Below, one piece after another: positions 19,186 to 30,293 of a DNA stretch of 53,966 bases. Numbering within the stretch: the stretch's first letter is position 1; each line of letters opens with the position of its first letter. The stretch is from the NCBI GenBank assembly GCA_018400815.1, contig JAGYLS010000003.1, positions 1-53,966 on the forward strand, read 5' to 3'. The position numbers and the translations under genes were made by a program. The notes below the pieces were generated by a model. The model saw nothing but the letters and a program-made list of their open reading frames with translations, made no database searches and was not told where the DNA came from. This DNA comes from Candidatus Oleincola secundus. GTDB taxonomy: Bacteria; Atribacterota; Phoenicimicrobiia; Phoenicimicrobiales; Stramentimicrobiaceae.

Positions 19186-20388
19186 TTATTTTATTTCCTT
19201 GAATATCTTATCCAAGGCATTAACAAGATAATCAATTTCTTTCTCTTGAATAATCAGTGGTGGTAAGAAACGCAACACATTTCCAGCAGTACAGTTGATT
19301 AATATTCCTTCATCCAGCATTTTTTTTACTACTACCAGACCGTCTTTTTCTAATTCTAAACCCACCATTAATCCTATTACCCGTATTTCTTTGATTAAAC
19401 CAGGATAATTTGTCTTTAGCAGTTCTAAATTTTTCTGAAAATATTTACTCTTCTTCTGGCATTCTGCCAACAAGCCGTCCTCTTCTAACACTTCCAGGAA
19501 AGCCAAAGCAGCAGCACAGGCAACCGGATTTCCTCCGAAAGTAGTTCCATGGTCTCCGGGTTTATAGGCAGAGGCAATCTTTTCTTTGGCAATCAATGCC
19601 CCTAAAGGCAAACCACCACCTAAAGGTTTTGCCAGAGTCAACATGTCAGGTTCAATATTATAATTTTGATAGGCAAACATCTTTCCGGTTCGTCCCAGTC
19701 CACACTGTATCTCATCAAAAATTAATAATATACCTTTACTATCACAAAATTCTCTTAATCCTTCCATAAATTCTACTGTAGCAATATTGATTCCACCTTC
19801 TCCCTGAACCGGTTCCACCAGCACAGCAGCAACATTTTCATCATAAGCATCCTTAATAGAATCTAAATCATTAAAAATTGCCTGTTTAAAGGCTGGTAAA
19901 AGAGAAAGGTAATCCTTTTGATATTTATATTTACCAGTGGCAGCCAGTGTAGCAATTGTTCTGCCATGAAAAGAATCTTTCATATAAATAATTTTGAACT
20001 TTTCTTTACCTTGTTCCTTAAAGTATTTAACCGCTAATTTAATAGCTGCTTCATTTGCCTCTGCCCCACTGTTGCCGAAAAACACCCTGTCTCCGCAGGA
20101 ATTATTCACCAGCTCTCTGGCCAGAAGAATCTGAGGTGCATTATAAAAAAGGTTGGAACAATGAATCAATTTCTCTGATTGTTTATGGATAGCTCCCACA
20201 ATCCTGGGATGGCAATAACCTAAACTATTGACCGCAATGCCTCCGATAAAATCATAGTACATATTTCCTTCTATATCCCATACTTTTGTTCCCTCACCCC
20301 TGTCCAGTACCATCTCCGGCTGCTTATAAGTTTGAATTAAATATTTACCCTCCTCTTCAATTAATTCTTTGGTATTTTTAATATTCAT
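19186..20388 (-). CDS. argD: Acetylornithine aminotransferase
   Basis: NSGAEANE, SFHGRT, EPVQGEGG, DEIQCGLGRTG, HGTTFGGNP; arg operon context. Confidence 0.92.
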   Translation of the reverse strand: MNIKNTKELIEEEGKYLIQTYKQPEMVLDRGEGTKVWDIEGNMYYDFIGGIAVNSLGYCHPRIVGAIHKQSEKLIHCSNLFYNAPQILLARELVNNSCGDRVFFGNSGAEANEAAIKLAVKYFKEQGKEKFKIIYMKDSFHGRTIATLAATGKYKYQKDYLSLLPAFKQAIFNDLDSIKDAYDENVAAVLVEPVQGEGGINIATVEFMEGLREFCDSKGILLIFDEIQCGLGRTGKMFAYQNYNIEPDMLTLAKPLGGGLPLGALIAKEKIASAYKPGDHGTTFGGNPVACAAALAFLEVLEEDGLLAECQKKSKYFQKNLELLKTNYPGLIKEIRVIGLMVGLELEKDGLVVVKKMLDEGILINCTAGNVLRFLPPLIIQEKEIDYLVNALDKIFKEIK

Positions 20389-20437
20389 TCTTTTCCTCCC
20401 ACAATATTATATTTTCAAAATCTCTTTTATCTGATTT

Positions 20438-21325
20438 TTAATCTGAAATAAATTCTGTCCCTATCCCGCTATCGGTAAATAATTCCAATAGGATGGAGTG
20501 AACATGCTTTCCGTTGAGAAAATGAACTTTACTGACTGCATTTTCTAATGCTTGAATAGCTGACTCAACTTTAGGAATCATCCCTTTCTGTATCTGTCCG
20601 GATTTGAGTAACGCCCTGGCTTCTTCGGCTTTCAGGCTGCTGATAATTGAGTTAGCATCCTTTACTTCTCTTAATATTCCGTCCACATCTGTCAGATAGA
20701 TTAATTTTTCTGCTTTAAGTGCAATGGCCAACTGTCCCGCTACTGTATCGGCATTGATGTTGTATCTTGCTCCACTATCATCCACCCCTATTGTAGCAAT
20801 TACCGGAATATAGTTTTTTTCTAAAAGTAAAAACAATATTTCCGGATTTATTTTTTTAATTTCTCCTACGAAACCTAAATCAACTGAGCTATGTTTCTTA
20901 ACCATGAGAAGTTGAGCATCTTCTCCGCTCAGACCAATACCCTTCACACCATTCCCCTGATCTTCTGAGATGCATAGATTAATCTCTGCTACCAAACGTG
21001 TATTGATTTTACCGGTTAAAACCATCTCAGTAATATCCATGGTATCCTGATCAGTTACTCTTAATCCATTAATAAATTGAGGAATTTTATTCTGTTTTTT
21101 CATTTCCTGAGAAATTTCCGGACCACCACCATGCACAATAACCGGATTCATGCCAATATACTTTAACAATATTATGTCTTTAATAATCAATTTCTCTAAC
21201 TCGTTATCCTGCATAGCGCTTCCTCCATACTTGATAACGACAATTTTATTCCAAAACCTCTTTATATAAGGCAGGGCTTCTACCAGAACCCCCGCCCGGT
21301 TGTTATCATTTTTATTCTTAAACAT
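20438..21325 (-). CDS. argB: Acetylglutamate kinase
   Basis: LVEALPYI, KYGG, VHGGGP, NINAD, GMIPK. Confidence 0.97.
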   Translation of the reverse strand: MFKNKNDNNRAGVLVEALPYIKRFWNKIVVIKYGGSAMQDNELEKLIIKDIILLKYIGMNPVIVHGGGPEISQEMKKQNKIPQFINGLRVTDQDTMDITEMVLTGKINTRLVAEINLCISEDQGNGVKGIGLSGEDAQLLMVKKHSSVDLGFVGEIKKINPEILFLLLEKNYIPVIATIGVDDSGARYNINADTVAGQLAIALKAEKLIYLTDVDGILREVKDANSIISSLKAEEARALLKSGQIQKGMIPKVESAIQALENAVSKVHFLNGKHVHSILLELFTDSGIGTEFISD

Positions 21326-21344
21326 TTTTTACCTTCCAATAAGT

Positions 21345-21506
21345 AAATAACGCACCCGCATAGCAGGTGGCTTTAAGAATCCTCTAAAAGGGGCTTAACT
21401 ATTTATTAGCCATTTTTTTTCTATTCTTTTCTCTTCAAATCTCTTTAGGACTTCAGGTAAAAATATTTCAGTTAGTATATTTTTATGGTAAAACAATTTT
21501 ATTTAA
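21345..21506 (+). repeat. Dispersed element, copy B (internally shortened; only the TTTATTTAA stub of the palindrome remains)
   Basis: AAATAACGCACCCGCATAGCAGGTGGCTTTAAGAATCCTCTAAAAGGGG...GGACTTCAGGTAAAAA...TTTTATGGTAAAACAATTTTATTTAA. Confidence 0.85.
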
Positions 21507-22827
21507 GTTTCTTTAATCCATATTTATCAATAACAGCTAATAGCAAGGGTTCTTCTTTCGGTTTTTTATCAATAATATGAAAAGCATTTTTTACTATATT
21601 CTTTGCATTAAAATATTTTTTTTCATCATTAAAATATAATGTTGCTAAAACCTCTTTTGAATCTACGTAATTACCTTTTTTCTTTTTTAATATTATTCCA
21701 ACAGATAAATCTATTTTTGCATCTTTCACTTCTCTGCCTGCTCCTAGAACCATAGAAGCTTCACCAATCATGTGTGCATCAATGATATCAACAAATCCAT
21801 TTCTTTCAGAATATATATTTCTTTCATACTTTGCTTTTGGTAATAAATCAGTGTTGTCTATTTGACTTATATCACCATTTTGGCTTTTTACCATTTGCCT
21901 AAATTTCTCTAATGCCTTACCATTGTGAAGAACCTCTTCTAGTATATTAACTCCGTCTTTTTGATTACTAATAACTTCAGCTGCAATTAACATATATGAA
22001 CCTATACAAAGACAAAGATTTTTTAAGTCATCAGGACCTTGATTATTTAATAGTGCAATTGCTTCTTCTACTTCAAGAGAATTTCCAATTGCATATCCTA
22101 GAGGTTGATTCATTGAGGAAATAATCGCATAAGTATCTTTATGATTATTTTCCCCAATGTTAACCATTGTTTTGCCTAATAAAACAGCATCTTCAATATT
22201 TTTTATAAAAGCTCCTCTGCCAACTGTTATATTTAAAACAAATGCATCTGCTCCACCAGCAATCTTTTTACTCATAATACTACTGGCAATCAGAGGAATG
22301 CTGTCAATGGTACCTGTAACATCTCTTAAGGAATATATTTTTTTATCTGCTGGTGCAAGATTAATATTAGCACTGATAATCGAGGCATTTACATCTTTAA
22401 CAATTTCAATAAATCTTCTAATAGAAAGATTGGTTTTAAAGCCATTTATTGATTCTAATTTATCAATAGTTCCACCAGTATGTCCTAATCCACGACCAGA
22501 AATTTTAGGAATCGGGACACCTACAGCAGCAACCATTGGTAATAATACCAGAGAAGTTTTATCTCCAACACCTCCTGTGCTATGTTTATCAACCTTTTTC
22601 CCAGATATTGAGCTTAGATCTAATATTTCACCTGATTTAGCCATGGTTATAGTCAAATCATTCATTTCTCGTTTAGTCATTCCATTAAACCAAATAGCCA
22701 TAAGAAGTGAGGACATTTGATAATCTTGTATTTTTCCATTTAAATAATTATCAATAATAAATTGTATTTCTTCTGTAGATAGCGCTTTTTTGTTCTTTTT
22801 TTTCTCAATAATTCCGATAATATTCAC
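21499..22827 (-). CDS. pdp: Pyrimidine-nucleoside (thymidine) phosphorylase
   Basis: DKHSTGGVGDK, SGRGLGHTGGTIDKLES, SIMSKK, LGAGR. Confidence 0.95.
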   Translation of the reverse strand: MNIIGIIEKKKNKKALSTEEIQFIIDNYLNGKIQDYQMSSLLMAIWFNGMTKREMNDLTITMAKSGEILDLSSISGKKVDKHSTGGVGDKTSLVLLPMVAAVGVPIPKISGRGLGHTGGTIDKLESINGFKTNLSIRRFIEIVKDVNASIISANINLAPADKKIYSLRDVTGTIDSIPLIASSIMSKKIAGGADAFVLNITVGRGAFIKNIEDAVLLGKTMVNIGENNHKDTYAIISSMNQPLGYAIGNSLEVEEAIALLNNQGPDDLKNLCLCIGSYMLIAAEVISNQKDGVNILEEVLHNGKALEKFRQMVKSQNGDISQIDNTDLLPKAKYERNIYSERNGFVDIIDAHMIGEASMVLGAGREVKDAKIDLSVGIILKKKKGNYVDSKEVLATLYFNDEKKYFNAKNIVKNAFHIIDKKPKEEPLLLAVIDKYGLKKLK

Positions 22828-22895
22828 AACAGAAATAATCAGAAGACTAAATGTCCCTGAAATCCTTTCAAAATATTTTTATAATTTTTTACAAT

Positions 22896-23058
22896 AAATA
22901 TCGCACCCGCATAGCGGGTGTCTTTAAGAACCTCTAAAAGAGGTTTAACTTTTTATTAGATAGTTTTTGCTCTGCTCTTTTCTCTTGATCTCTTGGCTAT
23001 CTTTTAAAAGAGCTCTTTCATGCTATTTTTCGTGTATTTAGGATTTAAGGTAAAAATA
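22896..23058 (+). repeat. Dispersed element, copy C
   Basis: AAATATCGCACCCGCATAGCGGGTGTCTTTAAGAACCTCTAAAAGAGGTTTAACTTTT; core-like GGATTTAAGGTAAAAATA at 23041-23058 (right boundary uncertain). Confidence 0.85.
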
Positions 23059-25012
23059 AAGGTATAAAAACCAGCGATACAATGGACATAACTTTAATTA
23101 AAATATTCATAGATGGCCCTGCTGTATCTTTGAAAGGATCACCGACTGTATCACCGATAACGCCTGCTTGATGTGCTGGTGAATTTTTACCACCATAGTT
23201 TCCTTTCTCGATATATTTTTTTGCATTATCCCAGGCACCTCCGGAATTGGCCATCATAATCGCCAGAAATACTCCTACAACAACTGAACCCAGTAAAAGA
23301 CCCCCTAGAGCTTCTGAACCAAGAAATACGCCAACAAAAATAGGAGCAATAATAGCAAGTAATCCTGGTATAATCATTTCTTTCAATGCACCTTTTGTGC
23401 TAATATCTACACATTTTTCTGGCTCTGGTTTAGCAGTGCCATCTTTTAAACCAGGTATTTCTTTAAATTGCCTTCTTACTTCAGCAATCATTAATGCTGC
23501 GGTTTTTCCGACAGCCTCTATTGTCATAGAAGCAAAAAGGAAGGGTAATATACCTCCAATAAAAATACCAATCATTACCATGGGATTAGTAATGCTAATA
23601 ATACTCAATCCTACAGATTTACTATATGCAGTAAATAATGCCAATGATGTTAAGGCTGCTGAGCCAATGGCAAATCCTTTTCCAATAGCTGCGGTAGTAT
23701 TTCCTACAGCATCCAATGAATCAGTAATCTTTCTTACTTCAGGTTTCAATCCTGCCATTTCTGCTATTCCTCCTGCATTATCTGCTATAGGTCCATAAGA
23801 ATCAACCGATACTGTCATACCTACAATAGATAGCATTCCCACTGCAGCAACGGATATGCCATACAGTCCTGCAAAATAATGAGAAACATAAATTGCTATA
23901 CAAATGACAATAATAGGCAATGCTGTGCTTTTAAGTCCCACAGCAAATCCTTCCAGAATTGTAGTCGCAGCTCCTGTCAACGAAGCCTCCGCTATTCTTT
24001 TTACTGGAGAATAATCATAGGAAGTATAATACTCTGTAATCAAACCAATTGCTACACCGGCAATTAAACCTGAAATCGTAGCAAAGAATATTGCCAGATT
24101 TCCAAACAATATATAAGACAAAGCGAAAGACGCTATTATTACCAAGGCACCACTTATATATGTACCTGAATTTAATGCCTTATGAATACTTTGGTCATCC
24201 TTAGGGGATATGAAAAAAGTTGCAATAATTACAGAAATAATCCCACAAGAAGCAAGAATCAATGGATAGATGATGTAGTTTATCGAATCGTGCAATATGC
24301 TACCCAATATCATGCATGACAAAATAGAACCTACAAAAGATTCAAACAAATCAGCTCCCATTCCTGCGACATCTCCAACATTGTCTCCAACATTATCGGC
24401 TATTACTGCAGGGTTTCTTGGATCGTCTTCAGGTATCCCGGCTTCAACTTTTCCAACTAAATCAGCTCCAACATCTGCTGCTTTTGTATAGATACCACCT
24501 CCAACTCTGGCAAATAGAGCTATTGAACTAGCACCTAAAGCAAAGCCATTGATTAAGTTAGGGTCTTCATATAAATAATATAAAATACCTAAACCAACTA
24601 AACCAAAACCGGCTACTGACATTCCCATTACTGCGCCTCCGGAAAAGGCAACCTTTAGTGCTTTTGCTAATCCGGATTCCTGAGCCGCAAATGTTGTTCT
24701 TGCATTAGTCTTCGTAGCAATTTTCATACCTATAAATCCTGCTAATGCCGAACATGATGCTCCAAATACAAATGAAATACCAGTTATGCTTCCCCTAACC
24801 AATACAATGATTAATGCAATGATAATAACAAAAAATATCAAAATCGAATATTCTCTTTTTAAAAATGTCATTGCACCTTTTTCAATCGAAGCTGAGAGTT
24901 GTTGCATTAAATCGCTCCCTGCTTTTTCAGACATAACACGTTTTGCCAGTATCATTGCATATAACAATGATATTAAACCACTAATAATTATCATCAGCTT
25001 AATTACCAACAT
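23045..25012 (-). CDS. hppA: Membrane-bound pyrophosphatase, K+-dependent type (probably Na+-translocating)
   Basis: [35 protein letters not shown] (Ala form = K+-dependent), [10 protein letters not shown]. Confidence 0.95.
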   Translation of the reverse strand: MLVIKLMIIISGLISLLYAMILAKRVMSEKAGSDLMQQLSASIEKGAMTFLKREYSILIFFVIIIALIIVLVRGSITGISFVFGASCSALAGFIGMKIATKTNARTTFAAQESGLAKALKVAFSGGAVMGMSVAGFGLVGLGILYYLYEDPNLINGFALGASSIALFARVGGGIYTKAADVGADLVGKVEAGIPEDDPRNPAVIADNVGDNVGDVAGMGADLFESFVGSILSCMILGSILHDSINYIIYPLILASCGIISVIIATFFISPKDDQSIHKALNSGTYISGALVIIASFALSYILFGNLAIFFATISGLIAGVAIGLITEYYTSYDYSPVKRIAEASLTGAATTILEGFAVGLKSTALPIIVICIAIYVSHYFAGLYGISVAAVGMLSIVGMTVSVDSYGPIADNAGGIAEMAGLKPEVRKITDSLDAVGNTTAAIGKGFAIGSAALTSLALFTAYSKSVGLSIISITNPMVMIGIFIGGILPFLFASMTIEAVGKTAALMIAEVRRQFKEIPGLKDGTAKPEPEKCVDISTKGALKEMIIPGLLAIIAPIFVGVFLGSEALGGLLLGSVVVGVFLAIMMANSGGAWDNAKKYIEKGNYGGKNSPAHQAGVIGDTVGDPFKDTAGPSMNILIKVMSIVSLVFIPLFLP

Positions 25013-25054
25013 TTTTGACTCCTTTTATATTTTAATAAAATCCATATATCCATT

Positions 25055-25261
25055 AAATACCGCACCTGCAAGGCGGATGGTTAAACAATTCTTTCCAGGA
25101 TATTCAAGGGGAATACTTCCCCTTGAGAACCCCTGAAATGCTATACTTGATTTTAAAATCTAGCTTCGTATATATTTGGGTCTTATGTGATATTGCCTCT
25201 TTTTAGCACCTTGGGTAAAATATTTCAGGTAGTATATCTATTGTCTTTCTGGTTAAATAAA
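25055..25261 (+). repeat. Dispersed element, copy D (divergent, with an alternative internal hairpin)
   Basis: AAATACCGCACCTGCAAGGCGGATGG head; TTTAGCACCTTGGGTAAAATATTTCAGGTAGTATAT matches the copy B core; GGTTAAATAAA palindrome-arm remnant. Confidence 0.65.
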
Positions 25262-25348
25262 CATAATTAAAATTATAATTATTTACACTATAAATTATAA
25301 ATCAATATTACTAATAATCTAATATTATTTTATCACATTTAAAATTAC

Positions 25349-25393
25349 AAGGTGGTTCCCCCATATTTTTAAAAAACAAAAGGAAACCACCTT
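25349..25393 (-). terminator. Putative terminator after ppdK
   Basis: Inverted repeat AAGGTGGTTCCC / GGAAACCACCTT with a long loop. Confidence 0.45.
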
Positions 25394-25448
25394 ATTTTTA
25401 TTACAAATATATGAAAATATAAATATTTGTAATTATTGATTTTTTGTT

Positions 25449-28081
25449 TTATTCCTTTAAAACTGCATGTGCTGCAGCTAATCTGGCAATCGGTACCCTG
25501 AAAGGAGAACAGCTTACATAATTCAATCCAGTTCTGTGACAAAATTCAACGGAATTTGGTTCTCCCCCATGTTCTCCGCATATTCCAATCTCTAAATCTG
25601 GATTTGTTTTTCTACCTAATTCTACACCGGTTTGAACTAGTTTTCCAACTCCTTCTGTGTCTAAAACTTCAAAAGGATTTTCTTTTAATATTCCTTCATC
25701 AACATATTTTAGTAAAAACTTTCCTTCTGCATCATCTCGGCTTATACCGAATGTTGTCTGGGTCAAGTCATTGGTTCCAAAGGAGAAGAATTCTGCATAT
25801 TTAGCAATTTCATCAGCAGTTAATGCCGCCCTTGGCAATTCTATCATGGTTCCTACTTTATATTCTAAATCCAGATTTTCTTTGGAAATAATTTCCTCGG
25901 CTAATTTTTTAGTTTTATTGTAAATCGGTTTTAATTCATTGACATGTCCAACCAGAGGAATCATAATTTCAGGTTTTACGTCCACTCCTTGTTTTTTTAA
26001 TTCTACGCTTGCTTCAATAATAGCCTTTACTTGCATCTCATAAATCTCAGGATACAATAATCCTAAACGGCATCCTCTTAAACCAAGCATAGGATTCATT
26101 TCCTGTAACATTCTTATTCTCTCTAATATTTTTTCTTGCTTTTCTAATTCATCCTTATTTTGTGGTTTCTCTAATTTTAGTGTTGTTACCTTTACTAATG
26201 TTTCTTCGAAATTAGGTAAAAATTCATGCAAAGGTGGGTCCAACAAACGAATGATTACAGGAAAACCGTGCATTGCCTTTAATATTCCTACAAAGTCACT
26301 TTTTTGCATAGGCAATAACTTATCCAATTCTTTTTGCCGTGATTCCTTGGTATCAGAAGTGATCATAGCTTGAACAATAGGTAATCGCTCAGGTGCCATA
26401 AACATATGTTCGGTTCTGCATAAACCTATTCCTTCTGCTCCTAAATCTCTTGCTTTTTGAGCGTCTTCCGGGGTATCAGCATTTGCATACACACCCAATT
26501 TTCTAATATCATCAGCCCAGGAAAGTAGTAGAGTAAATTCCTCACTCATCTTTGGCTCAATCATAGGAACTTTTCCTTCAAATACCTTGCCGTTACCCCC
26601 ATCAATCGTGATCTGGTCACCTTTTTTGATTGTTTTCCCTTCGACAGTAAAAGTCTCTTTTTTTGAATTAATCCTAATATCACTACAACCAGCAACACAG
26701 GGCATACCCATTCCTCTTGCTACCACAGCAGCATGACTTGTCATACCACCCCTGCTGGTTAAAGTGCCTTTTGCTGCAACCATCCCATGTATATCATCCG
26801 GCGTTGTTTCTGTTCTTACCAATATGACATCTTCACTATTTTTACCCATTTCTTCAGCTTCATCAGCAGTAAAGACAACTTTACCTGAGGCTGCACCGGG
26901 TGAAGCTGGTAATCCTTTAGCAATAGATTCAATATTGGCTTCAGGATCAATCCTACGATGGAGCAATTGATTTAATTGCATTGGTTCAATTCTGCTAACA
27001 GCAGTTCTCTTATCAATAACACCCTCATTAAACATATCAACTGCAATTTTTAATGCTGCCTGTGCGGTTCGTTTGCCTGTCCTTGTCTGAAGAAGGTAAA
27101 GCTTCCCTTGCTCAATGGTAAATTCAAAATCCTGAACATCTTTGTAATTTATTTCCAATGTTCTCACGATACGTATTAATTCTTCATATGCCTTTGGTAA
27201 ATCCTTCTTAAGGTCATCCAGGGGCTTTGGTGTTCTGATTCCAGCTACAACATCTTCGCCCTGGGCATTTAAAAGATATTCACCATAATTTTCTTTTGCA
27301 CCTGTAGAAGGGTTTCGAGTAAAACCAACCCCTGTTCCGGAATCATCTCCCATATTTCGAAGACCATTTCCTGAACATTAACAGCAGTTCCCAAATCATC
27401 AGGAATCTTATGTATTCGGCGATAGGTAATGGCACGTTTATTGTCCCAGGAGCTAAAAACAGCCTCTATAGCCATATTCAGTTGCTGTTGAGGGTCATCG
27501 GGAAACTTTTTTCCTGTTTCTTTTAAAACTAGACTTTTATACTGTTTAACAAGTTCTTCAGTCCTTCTACATTTATTTCAGCATCAATTTCTACCTTTTG
27601 TTTTTCTTTGATTTTTTCCAGGATTTCTTCAAAAGCTCTCCCTTAATACCCATTACTACATTACCAAACATTTGAATAAATCTGCGATAGCTGTCATAGA
27701 CAAATCTTTCATCATTTGTTTTTTATGTATCGCTTTAATGGTATCTTCGTTTAATCCTAAATTAAGAACAGTATCCATCATTCCTGGCATAGAAATAGCA
27801 GCACCTGAACGTACAGATACCAGCAACGGATTTTCTGGATCCCCTAAAATCTTATTGGCTTTTTCCTCTAATTTTTTCAAGTTTTTATTAACCTGTTCCG
27901 GTAAGCCTTCCGGGAATTTTTTCGATTTTGTATATTCAATGCATGCTTCTGAGGTTATAGTAAACCCCTGAGGTACTGGTATTCCCATTTTAGTCATCTC
28001 GGCTAAATTGGCTCCCTTACCTCCCAACAATCTTTTCATATCCTTATTTCCTTCATCAAAAAAATACACATATTTTTTCAT
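25449..28081 (-). CDS. ppdK: Pyruvate, phosphate dikinase (four apparent single-base deletions in 27355-27725)
   Basis: LLGGKGANLAEM, VSVRSGA, GEDVVAG, GGMTSHAAVVAR, GIGLCRTEHM, SFGTNDL, GICGEHGG across the fragments. Confidence 0.95.
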
Positions 28082-28169
28082 TGATATTAATTCTCCTCTC
28101 TTTTATTGTATCAAATAAATGAAAATGTTTTTTATTAAGATAATCTAAAAAATATTTTTTTCAAATAAT

Positions 28170-30293
28170 TCAGTTCGATTCTCCCTTGGCAAGAGAAATC
28201 TTGGATAAATCTGCTACAATATAATACATATCTGTAATATTTTTTAATAGGGCTAATCGATTATTCCTGATTAATTCATCTTTATCCATTACCAGTACTC
28301 TATCAAAAAATGAGTTAATCGGTTCAGTCATCAATTCTAAATAATCAAAAATTTTATCATATTTTTGTTTTGAAACCGCTTTTTCTATTTTGTCACTTAT
28401 TTTAAGGTAATTTTCATAAAGAATATTTTCTTCTTTTTCTTGAAATATTGTACGGTTTATCTCATTTGTTCGTGCATTTTTGGACAAGTTAACTGTTCTT
28501 GTCGCTGCAGTAATGATTTTATTGAATTTCGAAAAGTTATATATGTTTTGAATAACTTTTATTCTTAACAATGCATCGATAAGAGTTGGGGGATATTTTA
28601 CTAAAACAGCATCAATCACATCATAATTATATCCTCTTTCAATAAGCAAATATCGAAATCTTTGAAAAATAAAATCTTTAATTTTATAAGTTAATTCATG
28701 ATTGTTTATATTATTTTTTAATATGTTGTTTTCTTTCAATAATAATTCAATGTCTAAATTTATAATTTCATCCAAAGAAAAATCCATATTGTTAAAGATA
28801 AGAATATTTATAATGCCCAAAGCTTGTCTCCTCAAGGCATAAGGATCCTGAGAACCATCAGGAATATTATTATTGACAAAACATGCTGTAATATTATCAA
28901 TCTTGTCGGCAATACTAAGAATTTTACCACTAATTGTTCTAGGTAAATCATCATCTGAAAATCTTGGTAGATAATGCTCGAAAATACTTTCGGCAACTTG
29001 CTTATCTTCTCCCTGCAATATTGCATATTCTTTACCCATAATACCTTGTAATTCAGGGAATTCCTTAACCATATCAGTAACCAAATCTGATTTGCATAAT
29101 TGAGCTGATCTTTTTATTACTTCTGATAGATCATTACTTAATTGAATTTTATCTCCTATTGTTTCTACTAAAGCAATCAATCTTCCTACTTTATTAAACA
29201 TGGAACCTAATTTTTCTTGATAGACAACATTTTTTAGCTTTTCCAGATTATTATCAAGTGGTTTTGTATTCGTATCGGTAACTTTTTGGTCTTCCTGATA
29301 GAAAAATTTGGCATCTTCCAATCTAGCTTTTAAAACTTTTTCATTACCATGAACAATAATATTTTTATATTTATCTTCATTTCCATTAATTACAACGAAA
29401 AAATATGGTAATATGTATCCTTCTTTCGAGAAAGTAGGAAAATATTTTTGATGTTTTATCATCACTGATTTTAATACTTCAGAAGGTAATTTTAAGTAAC
29501 TTTTATCGAATTGACCCAAAAAAACTCGTGGATATTCAACTAAATTCTTTACTTCATCAAGCAATGTTTGGTCTATATAATCTCTTCCGGATATACTTTT
29601 GGTCATTTCAGTAATTTGATTAGTAATTATTTTCTTTCTTTCATCAGGGTCAATAATTACAAAGCAATTGTTCATTATATTAAAATATTCATCTACTGTA
29701 TTTACTGTTTCAGATTTTGGAGAAAGAAGACGGTTACCAAAAGTATTACAATCGGAATTTAATGTTTCTAAATTAAAGGGAATGATTTTATCATTATATA
29801 AAGCTAATAACCATCTTATTGGTCTTATAAAACGGAAAATGGCATCCCCCCATCGCATGGACTTAGGAAAGTTTAAACTAAAAATTAACTTAAGAAGTAT
29901 TTCTGGAAGCAGGGTTTCGGTTTTTTTACCTTTTACAATTTTTTGGGCAAATAAATATTCACCTTTGTCTGTTTTTTCTATTATAAGTTTTTCCACTTTT
30001 ATATTATTAGCTTGAGCAAATTTTATTGCAGGTTTTTGGGGATTGTCATCTTTGTCAAAAGAAATATTTTTTGAAGGGCCTTTAACTTTTTTAAAAATAT
30101 CTTTTTGCTGAGAATTTATATCTTCTATATAAACGATAAGTCTTCTGGGTGTACCATAGGTCTTTATGTGACTATATTCAATATTAAGCTTTTTTAACTT
30201 ATTTCTGGCGATATTTCTTAAATCAATTAGTGCTTTATCTATATATATAGAAGGTATTTCTTCTGTACCTATTTCCAAAATAACTTTATTCAT
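28170..30293 (-). CDS. glyS: Glycine--tRNA ligase beta subunit
   Basis: LEIGTEEIP, TPRRL, FPKSMRW, EFPELQG, EHYLP, DPYALRR. Confidence 0.96.
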   Translation of the reverse strand: MNKVILEIGTEEIPSIYIDKALIDLRNIARNKLKKLNIEYSHIKTYGTPRRLIVYIEDINSQQKDIFKKVKGPSKNISFDKDDNPQKPAIKFAQANNIKVEKLIIEKTDKGEYLFAQKIVKGKKTETLLPEILLKLIFSLNFPKSMRWGDAIFRFIRPIRWLLALYNDKIIPFNLETLNSDCNTFGNRLLSPKSETVNTVDEYFNIMNNCFVIIDPDERKKIITNQITEMTKSISGRDYIDQTLLDEVKNLVEYPRVFLGQFDKSYLKLPSEVLKSVMIKHQKYFPTFSKEGYILPYFFVVINGNEDKYKNIIVHGNEKVLKARLEDAKFFYQEDQKVTDTNTKPLDNNLEKLKNVVYQEKLGSMFNKVGRLIALVETIGDKIQLSNDLSEVIKRSAQLCKSDLVTDMVKEFPELQGIMGKEYAILQGEDKQVAESIFEHYLPRFSDDDLPRTISGKILSIADKIDNITACFVNNNIPDGSQDPYALRRQALGIINILIFNNMDFSLDEIINLDIELLLKENNILKNNINNHELTYKIKDFIFQRFRYLLIERGYNYDVIDAVLVKYPPTLIDALLRIKVIQNIYNFSKFNKIITAATRTVNLSKNARTNEINRTIFQEKEENILYENYLKISDKIEKAVSKQKYDKIFDYLELMTEPINSFFDRVLVMDKDELIRNNRLALLKNITDMYYIVADLSKISLAKGESN

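Noticed and set aside
22157..24491. Long plus-strand ORFs opposite pdp and hppA (and similar antisense ORFs elsewhere)
   Set aside because: These are shadow frames of well-conserved minus-strand genes, with no recognisable motifs or RBS.
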